A stretch of DNA of 64,000 bases from Elusimicrobiota bacterium (GCA_009773155.1 WOVA01000009.1:82-64081), one strand, 5' to 3'. Numbered from the stretch's first letter, positions 8,682 to 19,588 are shown. A program made the numbers and translations. The notes: a model not told the origin generated them from the sequence alone.

Positions 8682-10178
8682 ATGGCCCCCGCACAGAAAA
8701 TATATTCCAGCAGGATAGCCGCTTTCCTCAACAAGGAGCCGAGGGATTTCACCAGGAGGGACATCGTCCGCTACGTGAAAGCCAACGGGGTGAAACTGGT
8801 CAATTTCCGTTACGTCGCCGGCGACGGCCGGCTCAAGACGCTCAACTTCATGATCAGCGACGAGGCCTACCTCGACCGCATACTTTCGGCGGGCGAGCGG
8901 GTGGACGGCTCCAGCCTTTTCAAGGGGATGATAGACGCGGGCTCCAGCGATCTCTACGTGGTGCCGCGCTACCGCACCGCCTTCGTCAACCCTTTTTCCG
9001 CCATCCCTGCCGTGGACATCATGTGCTCCTTCTATACCGGCGACGGCAGCCCTTTCGCCGGCTCTCCCGGCGAGATACTGCGCAGGGCCGAGACGGAATT
9101 CACCAGGGTCACAGGCTGCGGGTTCCACGCGCTGGGCGAGCTCGAATACTACGTCATAGCGCCCAAGGATATACTCTACCCCGCAGCCGCCCAGCGCGGC
9201 TATCACGAGGCCCATCCCTTCGCCAAGTGGGAGGGACTGCGGACCGAGGCCATGGCGGCCATAGCCGAGGCGGGCGGGCGTATAAAGTACGGCCATTCCG
9301 AAGTGGGGCTGATACGCGGCGCCGACTCGGAGATGGCCCAGCAGGAGATAGAGTTCCTGCCGGTCCCGGCCTCCGAAGCCGCTGATCAGCTCGCCATGGC
9401 CAAGTGGATGCTTTCCGCCATCGGCCACAAGTACGGCGTCACGGTCTCCTTCGCTCCCAAGATCTCCATCGGCCACGCCGGTTCGGGCATGCATGTGCAC
9501 ACCTGCCTCATGAAGAACGGCAGGAACATAATGCAGGATAAGGGAGCGCTCTCCGTTCCGGCCCGCAAGCTCATCGCCGGCTTCATGGAGCTGGCCGCGC
9601 CCATGACCGCTTTCGGCAACACAGTGCCCACTTCCTACCTGCGGCTGGTGCCGCACCAGGAGGCGCCCACCACCGTCTGCTGGGCTTACCGCAACCGCTC
9701 GGCCCTGGTCCGCATCCCGCTGGGCTGGACGGACGCGGCCGGGATGATCAGGGACGCCAATCCGGGCTGCGAGGCCCCGAAGCTGGAGCCCGCGCAGACC
9801 GTGGAATTCCGCTCCGCCGACGGTTCCGCCAGCCTGCACTTCCTCATGGCCGGGCTCTGCGTCGCCGCCCGCCGCGGCTTCGAGCGGAAAGACGCTCTTG
9901 AATACGCCGACAAATTCTTCGTGGATAAGAATATCCACGACAGGGCTCATTCCGCGCTTATGGACAAGCTCCCCAAACTGCCCGCTTCCTGCGGCGAGTC
10001 TGCCGAGTGCCTGGAGAAGTCGCGCTCGGCTTTCGAGGAGCGCGGGGTCTTTACCCCGCAGGCCATAGACGGAATAGCCGCCCGCCTCAGGGCCTTCGAT
10101 GACCGCAATCTCAGCGAGCGGCTGTTCGGCAAGGAAGAGGAGATAAGGAAACTCGTGGAAGAGTATCTCTACTGCTGA
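8682..10178 (+). CDS. glnA: Glutamine synthetase (type I family)
   Basis: DGSS, ELEYY, HSEV, QQEI, GSGMHVH, RLVPHQEAP, NRSALVRIP and EFRSAD motifs; SD AAGGAG before ATG 8682. Confidence 0.9.
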   Translation: MAPAQKIYSSRIAAFLNKEPRDFTRRDIVRYVKANGVKLVNFRYVAGDGRLKTLNFMISDEAYLDRILSAGERVDGSSLFKGMIDAGSSDLYVVPRYRTAFVNPFSAIPAVDIMCSFYTGDGSPFAGSPGEILRRAETEFTRVTGCGFHALGELEYYVIAPKDILYPAAAQRGYHEAHPFAKWEGLRTEAMAAIAEAGGRIKYGHSEVGLIRGADSEMAQQEIEFLPVPASEAADQLAMAKWMLSAIGHKYGVTVSFAPKISIGHAGSGMHVHTCLMKNGRNIMQDKGALSVPARKLIAGFMELAAPMTAFGNTVPTSYLRLVPHQEAPTTVCWAYRNRSALVRIPLGWTDAAGMIRDANPGCEAPKLEPAQTVEFRSADGSASLHFLMAGLCVAARRGFERKDALEYADKFFVDKNIHDRAHSALMDKLPKLPASCGESAECLEKSRSAFEERGVFTPQAIDGIAARLRAFDDRNLSERLFGKEEEIRKLVEEYLYC

Positions 10179-11383
10179 TGAAGGGACTTGGAAGACGCGT
10201 GCGGCAGCTCGCCGCGAGGGTCGCGTACAGGGAGAGGGCCATAGCCGCTTTCGCTATCGCCGCGGCCGCCATGATCACGGCCGGGCTGTTCCTAGCCGGC
10301 AGGGGCTCGATCTTTCTCCCTTCCCCCCCGGTGTTCATCATTTCCAGCGGCCCCATAACGGGCATGCTCTCCTCCCACCTCTCGGCGGCCGGCCTCCCGG
10401 CGGCCGAGACCGCGGGCATATCCGCCGCGCTGCGGAAAAAGCTGAACCTGCGCAGGCTTTCCCCTTCCGACGAGTACGGGGTGGTCCTTTCCACCTCGGG
10501 AGTTCTGGTCAACGCCTATGTCCTCAAGGGTATATCCCGCTACCTGGTCCGCCCGGCCGACGGCGGCTACTCCCTTGAGGTATCCTCCCTCGCGGTGACG
10601 GAGGAGACCCTGCGCGTCAAAGGCGCGATAGCCTCCTCGCTCTGGGAGTCGATGAGCGCCTCGGGCGTGCCGGCCGCGACCATACTGGATTTCGCCGACA
10701 TTTTCTCCTGGTCGATAGACTTCCTGACCGAAGTGCGCGAGGGAGATTCCTATGAGGTGGTCTACGAGCAGCGCACGGCGGAGAACGGCCGCAGCGCCGG
10801 CAGGCGGATACTGGCGGGGGTGTATGACGGAAAAGGGACGGGCCGTAAGCGCGCCTTCCGCCACGGCGCCGGCTATTACGACGAGAAGGGCGAGTCGCTG
10901 CGCAGCCTGTTCCTCCGCGCGCCGCTGCAGTACAGGCGCATCTCCTCCTATTTCACCCACGCGCGCCGCCACCCGATACTCAAGATAGTGCGTCCCCATC
11001 TCGGCATCGATTACGCCGCCCCGACGGGCACCCCGGTCTCTTCCGTCGCCGACGGCGTCGTTACCTTCGTCGGCTGGAAAGGCGGCTTCGGCCGCTATGT
11101 GGAAGTAAAACACGCGCTGGGTTATGTGACGATCTACGGTCATCTCCACCGCTACGCCGCCGGGCTGAAGCGGGGCAGGAGGGTAAAGCAGGGCGACGTG
11201 ATAGCCTATGTCGGCTCCACCGGCCTCTCGACGGGACCCCATCTCGATTTCAGGATAAAGGCCAATGGCCGCTACGTCAATTTCCTCACGATGAAACACC
11301 GCTCTTCGGGCGGGCTTCCGGTAAAGGACAAGACGGCCTTCCTGGCCGAAGCCAGGCGCCTGCTGCCCTCCGAATTCGATTGA
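10178..11383 (+). CDS. M23 family peptidoglycan DD-metalloendopeptidase
   Basis: HLGIDYAAPTGTPV, YGHL and STGPHLDF; N-terminal TM segment. Confidence 0.9.
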   Translation: MKGLGRRVRQLAARVAYRERAIAAFAIAAAAMITAGLFLAGRGSIFLPSPPVFIISSGPITGMLSSHLSAAGLPAAETAGISAALRKKLNLRRLSPSDEYGVVLSTSGVLVNAYVLKGISRYLVRPADGGYSLEVSSLAVTEETLRVKGAIASSLWESMSASGVPAATILDFADIFSWSIDFLTEVREGDSYEVVYEQRTAENGRSAGRRILAGVYDGKGTGRKRAFRHGAGYYDEKGESLRSLFLRAPLQYRRISSYFTHARRHPILKIVRPHLGIDYAAPTGTPVSSVADGVVTFVGWKGGFGRYVEVKHALGYVTIYGHLHRYAAGLKRGRRVKQGDVIAYVGSTGLSTGPHLDFRIKANGRYVNFLTMKHRSSGGLPVKDKTAFLAEARRLLPSEFD

Positions 11384-11395
11384 TCCGCTGCCGCC

Positions 11396-11959
11396 TCAGC
11401 TTTTTTTGAGGATTTCCTCTATGGAGGCCCGGATCTCCTTCTCGAAGGAGGGGTCGTAGCCGGCCCAGAGATCGTGGACCTTGTGGTTCCTGTCGAGCAG
11501 GAAGAGGTAGGGCACGCCGCGTGTCTGGTAGGCGCGCGCCGTTGCGGCCGCGTCGTAGGCGACGGGGAAAGTTATGGCGAAATCCTTCACGAAGCGCGCG
11601 GCCGGGGCCGCTTCGCGCTCGTGCGCGGCCGCCACGACGGCGAGGCCCCGTCCGCCGTACTCGGCGTGTATGGACTGCACGAAGGGCGCGGCCTTGCGGC
11701 AGTAGGGGCAGGTCTCCGTGAAGAACTTTATCATAACGGGCTTGCCGGCGTAGGCCGCCAGGTCCAGCCTGCCGCCCTTGTGATCGGGCAGGTTGAACCA
11801 GGTGGGGCCTTTGACATAGCCCGGCGTCGCGGCCGATGGAGTCGCTTCAACGGCGGCTTCGGCGGCCTTCTGCATGGCGGCGCCCGGCTCCTGGCATTTG
11901 CCGCAGCCGGCGGCCAGCAGCGCGGCGGGAAGTATTATGGCGGCGAGCAGAAATCTCAT
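11396..11959 (-). CDS. TlpA/ResA-like thiol-disulfide redoxin lipoprotein
   Basis: Lipobox LAAGC, CPYC active site and cis-Pro GVP. Confidence 0.85.
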   Translation of the reverse strand: MRFLLAAIILPAALLAAGCGKCQEPGAAMQKAAEAAVEATPSAATPGYVKGPTWFNLPDHKGGRLDLAAYAGKPVMIKFFTETCPYCRKAAPFVQSIHAEYGGRGLAVVAAAHEREAAPAARFVKDFAITFPVAYDAAATARAYQTRGVPYLFLLDRNHKVHDLWAGYDPSFEKEIRASIEEILKKS

Positions 11960-12003
11960 TTGATTCCGATTCTCCTTAGAACGCGTCTTTGGCGGCACCG
12001 CGT

Positions 12004-13239
12004 CTATTCTATTATTTTTCCGAGCAGGTCAAACAGCCGGTTGGCGGAAGAGAGGCGTATGTGATCGCGCGTGCCTCTGAAGAAAGCCTTATGCGTGCCG
12101 ACGCCCCGGGGCCCGCATATCCCGAAGAACACCGTGCCGACGGGCTTCTCCGGAGTTCCCCCTCCCGGGCCGGCGACGCCGGTGACCGAGCCCGCGTAAT
12201 CGGAGCCGAAGGCGCGCCGTGCGCCCCTGGCCATCGCGGCGGCGCACCCGGCGGAGACCGCCCCGTGGCGTTCGAGGAGCGCCTGCGGGACCCCGAGCAG
12301 CCGGGTCTTGGAGGCGTTGGAATAAGCGACCGTTCCGCCCAGGAAGAGATCCGAACTGCCGGCCTCGTCGGTCATCAGCTTCGAGGCCAGGCCCCCCGTG
12401 CAGGACTCGGCCAGCGCCAGAGTCTTTCCCCCGGCCCTCAGAAGGCGCCCCAGCGCCTGATGCCGGCCTTCGCCCGTTTCCGAATAGACGGCCGCTCCCA
12501 GCGTCCGGCGCGCGGCTTTTTTCACTGCGGCCAGCTTCCTTATTGCCAGCGCGGGCGTGCGGCCGGAGACCGTGAAACCGAACTCGATCTCGTCGGCGCC
12601 GGCCAGTATGGTGAAATCGGCTCCCGGGAAGGCGCGCAGTACCGGGCGCAGCAGGCGCTCCGCCTGCACCTCCTTCAGCCCGGCGGCCTTCAGCCTTGCG
12701 GATAAAACGGTCCCGGGCTTGAGTCCGAAGAACGAGACTATCTCCTCCGCGAGTCCGTCGCCGAACATCGGTTCCCATTCGCGCAGCGGCCCGGGCAGCA
12801 GCGCCAGCATCCGGCGGCCGCGCCTGACCACCTGGCCGAAGGCCGTGCCGTTGCGGTTGCTTATGGCGCGGGCCCCCTCCAGGATGACCGCCTGGTCCGC
12901 CATGTTGGGCGGCAGCTTATCCAGCGCGTAGCGGCGGCGCAGTTCGGCGGCGCATTCGGGCGACGACCTTAGCCGGAGCCCTAGGGCCCGCGCCGCGGCC
13001 CGTCTCGTGAGGTCGTCGAAAGTGGGGCCCAGCCCGCCGCAGGTTATGACCAGCGGGCAGGATGCCATGGCTTCCCGGATGGAGCGTGTTATAAGAGGGA
13101 GGTCGTCGCGTAGCGACCTTTCGCCGCGCAGCGCGACGCCGAGTTCCCGGAGCCTGGCCGCGAACAGCGGCGAGTAAAGGTTGACCTTGGACGAGACCAG
13201 TTCGGATCCGGTGCAGAGAAGTTCGGCTTCGGCCCTCAT
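12004..13239 (-). CDS. cinA: CinA family protein (MoCF-like domain plus NMN deamidase PncC)
   Basis: GSEL, GGLGPTFDDLT, AESCTGG, GAVS and TGVAGPGGG...KPVGTV. Confidence 0.92.
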   Translation of the reverse strand: MRAEAELLCTGSELVSSKVNLYSPLFAARLRELGVALRGERSLRDDLPLITRSIREAMASCPLVITCGGLGPTFDDLTRRAAARALGLRLRSSPECAAELRRRYALDKLPPNMADQAVILEGARAISNRNGTAFGQVVRRGRRMLALLPGPLREWEPMFGDGLAEEIVSFFGLKPGTVLSARLKAAGLKEVQAERLLRPVLRAFPGADFTILAGADEIEFGFTVSGRTPALAIRKLAAVKKAARRTLGAAVYSETGEGRHQALGRLLRAGGKTLALAESCTGGLASKLMTDEAGSSDLFLGGTVAYSNASKTRLLGVPQALLERHGAVSAGCAAAMARGARRAFGSDYAGSVTGVAGPGGGTPEKPVGTVFFGICGPRGVGTHKAFFRGTRDHIRLSSANRLFDLLGKIIE

Positions 13240-13243
13240 GTTA

Positions 13244-14062
13244 TCAACTCCCGCCCCGGCGGGGCGTTCCCGCGCGCTCCGGCCGGCCGGTCTCCCTTGC
13301 GCGCGAGAGTATTTTTCCCAGAAGCGCCGCCGCGGCCTCCGGACAGGGGACCCGGTGCGAAGCGGCTGTCTTCTTTCCGGCCGGTCCGACGAAGACCGTG
13401 ACCGCCCTGCCGCGCAGCGCCCTGAAGGCGTCCTCGTCGGTCACGTCGTCGCCCATGTAGAAACCCGCCCCGCCGTTCCGGGCCAGTATCAGCCTGCAGG
13501 CCGCGCCTTTGTGAAAATCCGCTTTCGCCCTGAGTTCCAGGACTTTCTTGCCCGCTCCGGTCCTGACGCCCGGCAGCCGCGAGAGACGCTCGAGGGCGCG
13601 CTTTGCCGGCGGGTAGAAGCGGGCTTTCTCCGGCATCGCCAGGGCCCTGTGCAGCGCTTCGGCGCACTGCTCGCGGTCGTACGGGTTCACGACCAGCGCG
13701 TCGGTGAGCTCGCGGGCCGCGCCCGTGAAGTCGCTCAGCATGAGGACGCCGGTGCCGTCGATCTTGGAAGAGACGAATTCCTTGGCCACGAGGTTCATGC
13801 CGTCGTGCAGAGAGGTCACCATACAGACGGAGGAAAGACGGTAGAGCGCGATTATCTCTTCGTAGGAGACATGGCGCCGGGTCAGCACCACGGGCGTCCA
13901 GTTCTCGGTGGAATGCTTCCAGTTGATGCGCTCCACGATAGCGTTTATTTCGTCGTTTACGTCCTTGTACTTCTGCACGTGGATGCGGCTGATCTCGCCT
14001 ATCTGAAGGTAGTTGCCGAGCTTTTCCCGGACGAGGTTCTCGAGGTCGGCGGAAGTCCACAT
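13244..14062 (-). pseudogene. Internally deleted, in-frame fused remnant of trehalose-6-phosphate synthase (OtsA) and phosphatase (OtsB)
   Basis: OtsA C-terminal motifs (TSLHDGMNLVAKEF, LSDFTGAA, VNPYD) and OtsB C-terminal motifs (GKKVLELR, KGAA, YMGDDVTDEDAF) in only 272 aa. The OtsA N-domain and the OtsB DxDGT motif are absent. Confidence 0.75.
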
Positions 14063-14227
14063 ATCGTCCTCCAGGCGTTCCCGCGGAATCGCGCATCCGG
14101 TAAATTATAAATACTTAGCCGGGGCGGCGCAAGGAAAAGACCAATACTTGTATAATAATATCGGACTACAGGGGACGCCCATGTCGGCGCAGGCCAGGCT
14201 CAAAAGGATAATATCGGGGGACTTCCA

Positions 14228-16342
14228 ATGAACAATCTTGACTGGCTGCTGGTTTTAACGGGCGTGTTCGCGGCGGGCGCGGCCTACGCCGGCGGGACGC
14301 GCCCGGCGCCGCCGAAGGCCGACAGGATCCCCCACCGCCTGGAGAAGCACGGCCATGTCCGGACGGACGATTATTTCTGGCTGCGCGACAGGGAGAACCC
14401 CGGGGTCCTGAAATACCTCAAAGCCGAGAACGCTTACGCGGACGCCGCCCTCGCCCACGTGAAGAAGCCCGCCGCTTCCCTGTTCAGGGAGATGAAATCC
14501 AGGATAAAGAAGGACGACTCGACCCCCCCGTTCAAGGACGGCCCGTACTATTACTATACCCGTTATAAAAAAGGCGCCGAATACCCGCTGTACTGCCGCC
14601 GCGCGGTATCGCCGCCGGGCAAAGAGGAGGTCCTTCTCGACGTGAACAAGGAAGCCGAAGGCCACGCCTTCTTCGACGCCCGGTTCCCGGTGATGAGCCC
14701 GGACCACAATATAATGGCCTGGGCCGCCGATACAAAAGGCCGCCGCTTTTACGATGTTCGTTTTAAGGACCTGCGCACCGGGAAGATCCTGCCCGACCGG
14801 CTGGAGAGCGTGACTCCCAACCTCGCCTGGGCGGAGGACGGCCGGACGCTCTTCTACGCGAAGCAGCACCCGGAGACCCTGCGCTGGGAAAGGGTATTCA
14901 GGCATGAGCTCGGTTCCTCCGCAGATGCCGAGGTCTATTACGAGCCCGACGAGACTTTCACCGCCTTCGTCGCCAGGTCGCGCAGCCGGAAATACCTTTT
15001 CATAGGTTCTCAGGCCACGCTTACCACCGAGTACAGGTATCTCGACGCCTCCTCGCCGGCAGGCGAATGGAAGCTGTTCCTGCCGCGCGAGCGGGGCCTG
15101 GAATACGCGCCGGAGCACGCCGGCGACAGGTTCTATGTCCTGCATAACCGGAACGCCAGGAATTTCATGCTCTCCGAAGCCGCCGACCTGCCGGCCGGCC
15201 CCGGGCCGTGGCGGGACTTCCTTCCCCACCGCGAGGACACTCTCATAGAGGACGTGAACGCCTTCAGGGACTGGCTGGTCGTGTCCGAAAGGCGCGGCGG
15301 CCTGCCGTGGATCCGGATAATGAGCCGTTCGGGCGCGGGGGAGCATTACCTGGAATTCGACGATCCCGCCTACCTCGCCTCCTTCGGGGTCAACGCGGAA
15401 TACGGTTCGGGACTGCTGCGCTTCGATTACGAGTCGCTGACTACGCCGGACTCCGTCTACGACTACGATATGGCTTCGCGCGGGCGGAAGCTCCTCAAGC
15501 GGCAGGAAGTCCTGGGCGGGTTCAGGCCGGAGGATTATGTCTCGGAGCGCGTCTGGGCGCCGGCCAGGGACGGGGCGAAGATCCCGGTCTCGCTGGTCTA
15601 CCGGAAGGATCTCCGTAGAGAGGCCGGTACGCCGATGCATATCTATTCCTACGGCTCATACGGCTCCAATTCAGACCCCTATTTCAGCTCGGTCAGGCTC
15701 TCGCTGCTCGACCGGGGTTTCGTCTGCGCCATACCGCATGTCCGCGGCGGTTCCGAGCTGGGACGCGGCTGGTACGAGGACGGCCGCCAGCGGAAGAAGA
15801 TGAATACTTTCAACGACTTCATCGACGCCACGGAGTACCTGGTGAAGGCGGGCTACGCCTCCCGCGGCCGCGTGCACGCGGAGGGAGGCTCCGCCGGCGG
15901 ACTGCTGGTCGGGGCGGTCCTTAACATGGCCCCGGAAGGGCTCTATAAGTCGGCGATAGCCGAAGTCCCGTTCGTAGATATTGTCACGACCATGAGCGAC
16001 GACAGCATCCCGCTTACCGCCGGGGAATACGACGAATGGGGCGATCCCGGCGTCAAAGAGGATTACGAGTATATGCTCTCCTACTCCCCTTACGACAATG
16101 TCCGCGCCCGCGCCTACCCGAACATTTTTATCACCGCCGGCCTGCACGATTCCCAGGTGCAGTACTGGGAGCCGGCCAAGTGGGCGGCCAGTCTGCGAGC
16201 AATGAAGACCGACGACAACCTCCTGGTCCTCAAGACCGACATGGAGGTCGGCCACGGCGGCAAGTCCGGCCGGTTCGAGGTCCTTAAACTGGTCGCGCTG
16301 CAGTACGCCTTCATGCTGGACCTGGAGGGCATAAGGAAGTGA
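14228..16342 (+). CDS. ptrB: Oligopeptidase B (S9A), with N-terminal signal-like segment
   Basis: HGHVRTDDYFWLR, catalytic GGSAGG, DSQVQYWEPAKW and GHGG. Confidence 0.93.
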   Translation: MNNLDWLLVLTGVFAAGAAYAGGTRPAPPKADRIPHRLEKHGHVRTDDYFWLRDRENPGVLKYLKAENAYADAALAHVKKPAASLFREMKSRIKKDDSTPPFKDGPYYYYTRYKKGAEYPLYCRRAVSPPGKEEVLLDVNKEAEGHAFFDARFPVMSPDHNIMAWAADTKGRRFYDVRFKDLRTGKILPDRLESVTPNLAWAEDGRTLFYAKQHPETLRWERVFRHELGSSADAEVYYEPDETFTAFVARSRSRKYLFIGSQATLTTEYRYLDASSPAGEWKLFLPRERGLEYAPEHAGDRFYVLHNRNARNFMLSEAADLPAGPGPWRDFLPHREDTLIEDVNAFRDWLVVSERRGGLPWIRIMSRSGAGEHYLEFDDPAYLASFGVNAEYGSGLLRFDYESLTTPDSVYDYDMASRGRKLLKRQEVLGGFRPEDYVSERVWAPARDGAKIPVSLVYRKDLRREAGTPMHIYSYGSYGSNSDPYFSSVRLSLLDRGFVCAIPHVRGGSELGRGWYEDGRQRKKMNTFNDFIDATEYLVKAGYASRGRVHAEGGSAGGLLVGAVLNMAPEGLYKSAIAEVPFVDIVTTMSDDSIPLTAGEYDEWGDPGVKEDYEYMLSYSPYDNVRARAYPNIFITAGLHDSQVQYWEPAKWAASLRAMKTDDNLLVLKTDMEVGHGGKSGRFEVLKLVALQYAFMLDLEGIRK

Positions 16343-16343
16343 A

Positions 16344-17900
16344 ATGGTAAGTTATAAAGCGAAGATCCTGGCCGTAGACGACGACCCGACGATGGTGGAA
16401 CTCATCGCCTCGGGGCTCTCAAGGCACGGCTACCTTATAGTCCGGGCCCATTCGGGCGAGGAGGCCGCGGAGAAGGCCTCCGCCGAGCGGTTCGATATAG
16501 CCGTCCTGGACATCATGATGCCGGGCTGGGACGGCATCAGGACGCTGGGCGAGCTCAAGAAGATCGACCCCGAGATAGAGGTCATCATGGCCACCGGCCA
16601 CGGGTCCGTCGGCACCGCGGTGCAGAGCCTGCGCAAGGGAGCCTTCGACTATATAAGCAAGCCTTTCCTCCTCAAGGAGCTCGAGGCCGTAGTTGAAAAG
16701 GCCCTGGAGAAGCGCAAGTTCTCGGAGCTGGCCCGCGCGATCTTCTCCACGCTGGACCCCGACGAGCTGCTGCGCATCGTCCTGGATTCGGCCGCCCGCA
16801 TCCTCAAGGCCGACGACTCCGCCCTGGCCCTGACCGGTCCCGGCGGGGAGATAAAGCTTTCCGCGGTCGACGGCCTGGAGGACGAGGGCCGCAGGGCCTG
16901 CAGGCTGGAACTGTGCGCCCGCGCCCTCTCGAGCCTGCGCGGCGAGGGCGCCTGGCGCCTTGTAGTGGTAGAGTCGCCCGCGTCCGACCGCCGCTTCGCC
17001 GGGGTGGCCCGCGCGGAAGAAATTAAGCACTCAATGTTCATGCCGCTGACCTCGGGCGACAGGCCGGCGGGGCTCATAAACCTAAATCGCACCGCTTTCG
17101 ACGAGCCTTTTTCGGAGAACGACATGCAGCGGGCCCGCATCTTCGGCTCGCTGGTGAGCCTGTCGCTCAAGAACGCCGACCTCTACGGCCGACTGAAGGA
17201 GACGCAGTCCAAACTGGTCCAGGCCGAGAAGATGTCGGCGCTGGGCCAGCTGGCCGGCGGCATCGCCCACGAGATAAACAACCCGCTCTCCGGCATCCTG
17301 GGCCTCGCCCAGCTTGTCCTGGAAAAGACGGAGCCCGGCAGCCAGAGCGAGCGGGACCTTAAGGAGATAGAGAAAGAGGTTTTCCGCTGCAAGAAGATAA
17401 TAACTTCGCTCCTTTCTTTCGCCCGTCAGCGCCCTTCGGTTCTTGAGCCGACGGACCTTAACGCCGCCGTTGAGGAGACGCTGGTCCTCTGCGCGCGCCA
17501 GCTGGAGCTCAGGAATATTGCGGTGGAGAAATCCCTGTCCGCCGGGATCCCCCCGGTAAAGGCCGATTTTCAGCAGCTGATGCAGGTGTTCCTCAATCTC
17601 TTCAATAACGCCATGGACGCGATGCCCGACGGCGGAAAGCTCAGGGTCGTCACGCGTCCCGGCTTTTCCCCTTCGGGCCGCCCGTCCGTGCTGGCGCAGG
17701 TGGAGGACAGCGGCCCCGGGATACCGTCCGACACGCTGGGCAAGGTCTTCGATCCTTTCTTCACCACCAAGCCCGTCGGCAAGGGGACGGGGCTCGGTCT
17801 TTCGGTCTGTCACGGGATAGTAGAAAGGCATGACGGCGTCATAGAGGCCGAGTCGCTGCCGGCCGGCGGCACCGTCTTCACCGTCTATCTCCCGGTCTGA
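16344..17900 (+). CDS. Hybrid signal-transduction protein: receiver-GAF-histidine kinase
   Basis: REC (VDDD, DIMMPG, KPF), GAF-like middle, [29 protein letters not shown] and GTGLGL. Confidence 0.92.
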   Translation: MVSYKAKILAVDDDPTMVELIASGLSRHGYLIVRAHSGEEAAEKASAERFDIAVLDIMMPGWDGIRTLGELKKIDPEIEVIMATGHGSVGTAVQSLRKGAFDYISKPFLLKELEAVVEKALEKRKFSELARAIFSTLDPDELLRIVLDSAARILKADDSALALTGPGGEIKLSAVDGLEDEGRRACRLELCARALSSLRGEGAWRLVVVESPASDRRFAGVARAEEIKHSMFMPLTSGDRPAGLINLNRTAFDEPFSENDMQRARIFGSLVSLSLKNADLYGRLKETQSKLVQAEKMSALGQLAGGIAHEINNPLSGILGLAQLVLEKTEPGSQSERDLKEIEKEVFRCKKIITSLLSFARQRPSVLEPTDLNAAVEETLVLCARQLELRNIAVEKSLSAGIPPVKADFQQLMQVFLNLFNNAMDAMPDGGKLRVVTRPGFSPSGRPSVLAQVEDSGPGIPSDTLGKVFDPFFTTKPVGKGTGLGLSVCHGIVERHDGVIEAESLPAGGTVFTVYLPV

Positions 17901-17920
17901 CCTCCGGGTTTTTTACCACC

Positions 17921-18820
17921 TCACCTGAGCCCGCATTCGTCGGCCGCCCGCCGCTCGTCTTCGGCCAGCTCCGCGAGCCTTCCCTTCTCCCCGTCCGTAA
18001 GCGGCGCCGCGGTCCCGGAGCGGTAGTACGACTTCAGGGTCCCGTAGAAAGCTTTCCTGAGCTCCGGGTCCGGGATCTCGGCCCCCGGATTCCGGGTGAG
18101 CCTGACCCTGGCGAACCCGGGCTCGCGCATCTTCAGCGCCCAGAAACGGGCTTTCTGGTGCAGAAGGGCCGTCTGCCTGGCGATCAGCCGCCCGTACAAG
18201 CCTTCGCAACGGTCCGCGGAGTCGGGGCCGGGGGCGTCCCTGAAAGTGCCGGGGTAGACGGCGATATCCTTGAAATCCAGATCGAGACGCTCTATGTCAG
18301 GCAGCGGCACCAGGAACTGCATGACCTCCGGCAGCAGGTCCCAGTGCCTGTCCGTCTCCCCCTCGAGCGCGTGCAGGATCTCGCCGCTGCGGGGGTTGAC
18401 CAGGCGGGCCGTTATCCTGAGCTTCTCTCCCGTCCCGAAGATCGTGCCGGTTATGACGGCTTCCACTGCCGCCAGTCCGCCGGGCTTCCCGTTCTCTTCT
18501 GCGGCGCCGGAATGACCGAGGCGCTGTTCGCGCAGCAGGGACTCCAGGCGGCTGCGCTCGAAGACGCTGGCCTTGCCCGCGCGCGAGAGATGCTCGGTCA
18601 GTTTCTCGGCGGCGTATTCGCTCTCCTCTTCGGTGGCGCGCGCGCGCCGGCTGAAGCCGGCCATGGCCACCGTCTTTATCTTTTTAGCCGTCATGGACGA
18701 GGAGAACTCGGCCGCCATCCTGCGGTATACCTCGTCGGGGGCCGGGGCCGCGGAGAGGGGCCGGGAGTGGAGGAGGAGGAGCGCGGTCAATAAGGCCGAA
18801 AGATAAATGCCCATTTTCAT
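17921..18820 (-). CDS. Exported protein with FlgO/CsgG-like N-terminal domain
   Basis: Signal peptide; VFERSRLESLLREQ...AVITGT...ITARLVN pattern; SD GGAGG. Confidence 0.7.
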   Translation of the reverse strand: MKMGIYLSALLTALLLLHSRPLSAAPAPDEVYRRMAAEFSSSMTAKKIKTVAMAGFSRRARATEEESEYAAEKLTEHLSRAGKASVFERSRLESLLREQRLGHSGAAEENGKPGGLAAVEAVITGTIFGTGEKLRITARLVNPRSGEILHALEGETDRHWDLLPEVMQFLVPLPDIERLDLDFKDIAVYPGTFRDAPGPDSADRCEGLYGRLIARQTALLHQKARFWALKMREPGFARVRLTRNPGAEIPDPELRKAFYGTLKSYYRSGTAAPLTDGEKGRLAELAEDERRAADECGLR

Positions 18821-18886
18821 ACCCCCTCCTTTGTGGGGATATTATACGGGGAGGATGTAAGGGAATTTCCCGGAAAACGTCAAATC

Positions 18887-19576
18887 TTATTCAAATTTGT
18901 AGCCGTGACCGGTGACGCTGGTTATGCGCGCGCCGGCTTCCGCCCCCAGCTTCTTGCGAAGGGAGGAGACGTGCACCCCGACGGTGTGAGGGTCATTGTA
19001 GGAGGCCGGGTCGTAGCCCCAGACCGTCTCGAGGAGGTAGGGGACGGCGAGTATTCTCCCGGCCTCTCCCACCAGCAGCGCGAGCAGGTCGAACTCCTTG
19101 CGCGTCAGCCTGACCGGGCCGCCGCCGACGGAGACCGTCCTGGCGGAGGGGTCTATCGATATGTTCCCGTTCTCCAGTTTGCCGCCCCTGCCGCGGGCCG
19201 CGGCGTAGCGCTTGAGCACGGCTTTTATCTTGGCCAGCAGTACCGGCAGCGAGACCGGCTTGAGGACATAGTCGTCGGCGCCGCGCTCGTACCCCTCTAC
19301 GATGTCCTCGTCCTGCACCTTGCGCCCGGAGATTATTATGACCGGGGTCGAGGCGAGTTCGGGCGTCTCTTTTATTATCCGGCACAGGGCGAAGCCGTCG
19401 AGACCGGCCATCTCCGCGTCGGTCACCACCAGGTCGGGGCGGGACTCCCTGGCCATGATGACGGCCTCGGAGCCGTTGTCCGTGAAGATCACCTGGTAAC
19501 CTTTGCCCTCGAGGTAGCGCCTCGCGGAATCGATTATCACCTTTTCGTCGTCCACCAGCAGTATTTTCTCGGACAT
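18887..19576 (-). CDS. OmpR/PhoB family response regulator
   Basis: LLVDDE, GADDYVLKP, LTRKEFDLL, VHVSSLRKKL and GHGYKF. Confidence 0.93.
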   Translation of the reverse strand: MSEKILLVDDEKVIIDSARRYLEGKGYQVIFTDNGSEAVIMARESRPDLVVTDAEMAGLDGFALCRIIKETPELASTPVIIISGRKVQDEDIVEGYERGADDYVLKPVSLPVLLAKIKAVLKRYAAARGRGGKLENGNISIDPSARTVSVGGGPVRLTRKEFDLLALLVGEAGRILAVPYLLETVWGYDPASYNDPHTVGVHVSSLRKKLGAEAGARITSVTGHGYKFE

Positions 19577-19588
19577 GGGTAAATGAGA

